Origin: Somniosus microcephalus
Taxonomy: Eukaryota
NCBI GenBank assembly: GCA_052327205.1
Contig: CM126226.1
Location: 1,364,001-1,428,000, forward strand
DNA: 64,000 nt
Reading direction: 5' to 3'
Part shown: positions 62,341 to 64,000 of the stretch, in pieces
Numbering within the stretch: the first letter of the stretch is position 1
Layout: every line of letters starts with the position of its first letter
Notes under the pieces: generated by a model
Databases searched by the model: none
What the model was told of the DNA's origin: nothing
What the model saw: only the letters and a program-made list of their open reading frames with translations
Program-made: the position numbers and the translations under genes

Positions 62341-63903
62341 GGCTCCCGGCTCCCGCTGCGCATTGACCTCCCGGCTCCCGCTGCGCATTGACCTCCCGGC
62401 TCCCGCTGCGCATTGACCTCCCGGCTCCCGCTGCGCATTGACCTCCCGGCTCCCGCTGCGCATTGACCTCCCGGCTCCCGCTGCGCATTGACCTCCCGGC
62501 TCCCGCTGCGCATTGACCTCCCGGCTCCCGCTGCGCATTGACCTCCCGGCTCCCGCTGCGCATTGACCTCCCGGCTCCCGCTGCGCATTGACCTCCCGGC
62601 TCCCGCTGCGCATTGACCTCCCGGCTCCCGCTGCGCATTGACCTCCCGGCTCCCTCTGCGCATTGACCTCCCGGCTCCCTCTGCGCATTGACCTCCCGGC
62701 TCCCGCTGCGCATTGACCTCCCGGCTCCCGCTGCGCATTGACCTCCCGGCTCCCGCTGCGCATTGACCTCCCGGCTCCCGCTGCGCATTGACCTCCCGGC
62801 TCCCGCTGCGCATTGACCTCCCGGCTCCCGCTGCGCATTGACCTCCCGGCTCCCTCTGCGCATTGACCTCCCGGCTCCCGCTGCGCATTGGCCTCCCGGC
62901 TCCCTCTGCGCATTGACCTCCCGGCTCCCTCTGCGCATTGACCTCCCGGCTCCCTCTGCGCATTGACCTCCCGGCTCCCGCTGCGCATTGACCTCCCGGC
63001 TCCCTCTGCGCATTGACCTCCCGGCTCCCGCTGCGCATTGACCTCCCGGCTCCCGCTGCGCATTGGCCTCCCGGCTCCCTCTGCGCATTGACCTCCCGGC
63101 TCCCTCTGCGCATTGACCTCCCGGCTCCCGCTGCGCATTGACCTCCCGGCTCCCGCTGCGCATTGACCTCCCGGCTCCCGCTGCGCATTGACCTCCCGGC
63201 TCCCTCTGCGCATTGACCTCCCGGCTCCCGCTGCGCATTGACCTCCCGGCTCCCGCTGCGCATTGACCTCCCGGCTCCCGCTGCGCATTGACCTCCCGGC
63301 TCCCTCTGCGCATTGACCTCCCGGCTCCCTCTGCGCATTGACCTCCCGGCTCCCTCTGCGCATTGACCTCCCGGCTCCCTCTGCGCATTGACCTCCCGGC
63401 TCCCTCTGCGCATTGACCTCCCGGCTCCCGCTGCGCATTGACCTCCCGGCTCCCGCTGCGCATTGACCTCCCGGCTCCCGCTGCGCATTGACCTCCCGGC
63501 TCCCGCTGCGCATTGACCTCCCGGCTCCCGTTGCGCATTGACCTCCCGGCTCCCGCTGCGCATTGACCTCCCGGCTCCCGCTGCGCATTGACCTCCCGGC
63601 TCCCTCTGCGCATTGACCTCCCGGCTCCCTCTGCGCATTGACCTCCCGGCTCCCTCTGCGCATTGACCTCCCGGCTCCCGCTGCGCATTGACCTCCCGGC
63701 TCCCTCTGCGCATTGGCCTCCCGGCTCCCGCTGCGCATTGACCTCCCGGCTCCCGCTGCGCATTGGCCTCCCGGCTCCCGCTGCGCATTGACCTCCCGGC
63801 TCCCGCTGCGCATTGACCTCCCGGCTCCCGCTGCGCATTGACCTCCCGGCTCCCGCTGCGCATTGACCTCCCGGCTCCCGCTGCGCATTGACCTCCCGGC
63901 TCC
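62341..63903. repeat. CpG-rich 25-bp minisatellite, ~62 units
   Basis: Unit ctcccggctcccKctgcgcattgac. Confidence 0.97.
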
Positions 63904-64000
63904 CTTGTAGCTCAAAGCAGCTCACCGGCCAATCAGAAGCTTAGATTCAAAAAAGATTGATGTGGGAGCGACCAGACCAACATTTGTCTTGAAATTCACA

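Noticed and set aside
62260-63925. Three ORFs of >500 aa on the minus strand
   Set aside because: A 25-bp repeat read in all three frames.

Overview
Vertebrate genomic DNA, very likely from a cartilaginous fish, judging by HE1/V-SINEs, DeuSINE (SacSINE1-like) copies and dense CR1 LINE fragments. The window lies inside a large + strand gene. Fifteen GT-AG exons (585..58893) splice in frame into laminin-EGF (LE) and laminin-IV (L4) modules matching perlecan (HSPG2) domain III. The introns hold LINE, SINE and MITE remnants, a solo LTR and four minisatellites. The main unexplained signal is a 2-kb, TE-free, same-strand ORF inside the 27-kb intron. It has a phase-compatible splice acceptor at 31952 and looks like an alternative terminal exon. 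It would give a truncated perlecan ending in a coiled coil plus a basic Thr/Ser-rich tail. Also notable are a 39-nt in-frame candidate micro-exon encoding a furin-type RIRR motif (61491..61529) and an RFX X-box cluster/hairpin at about 28.5 kb. Gene and TE identities come from recalled sequence similarity, not database searches. TE boundaries are approximate unless a target-site duplication (TSD) is given.
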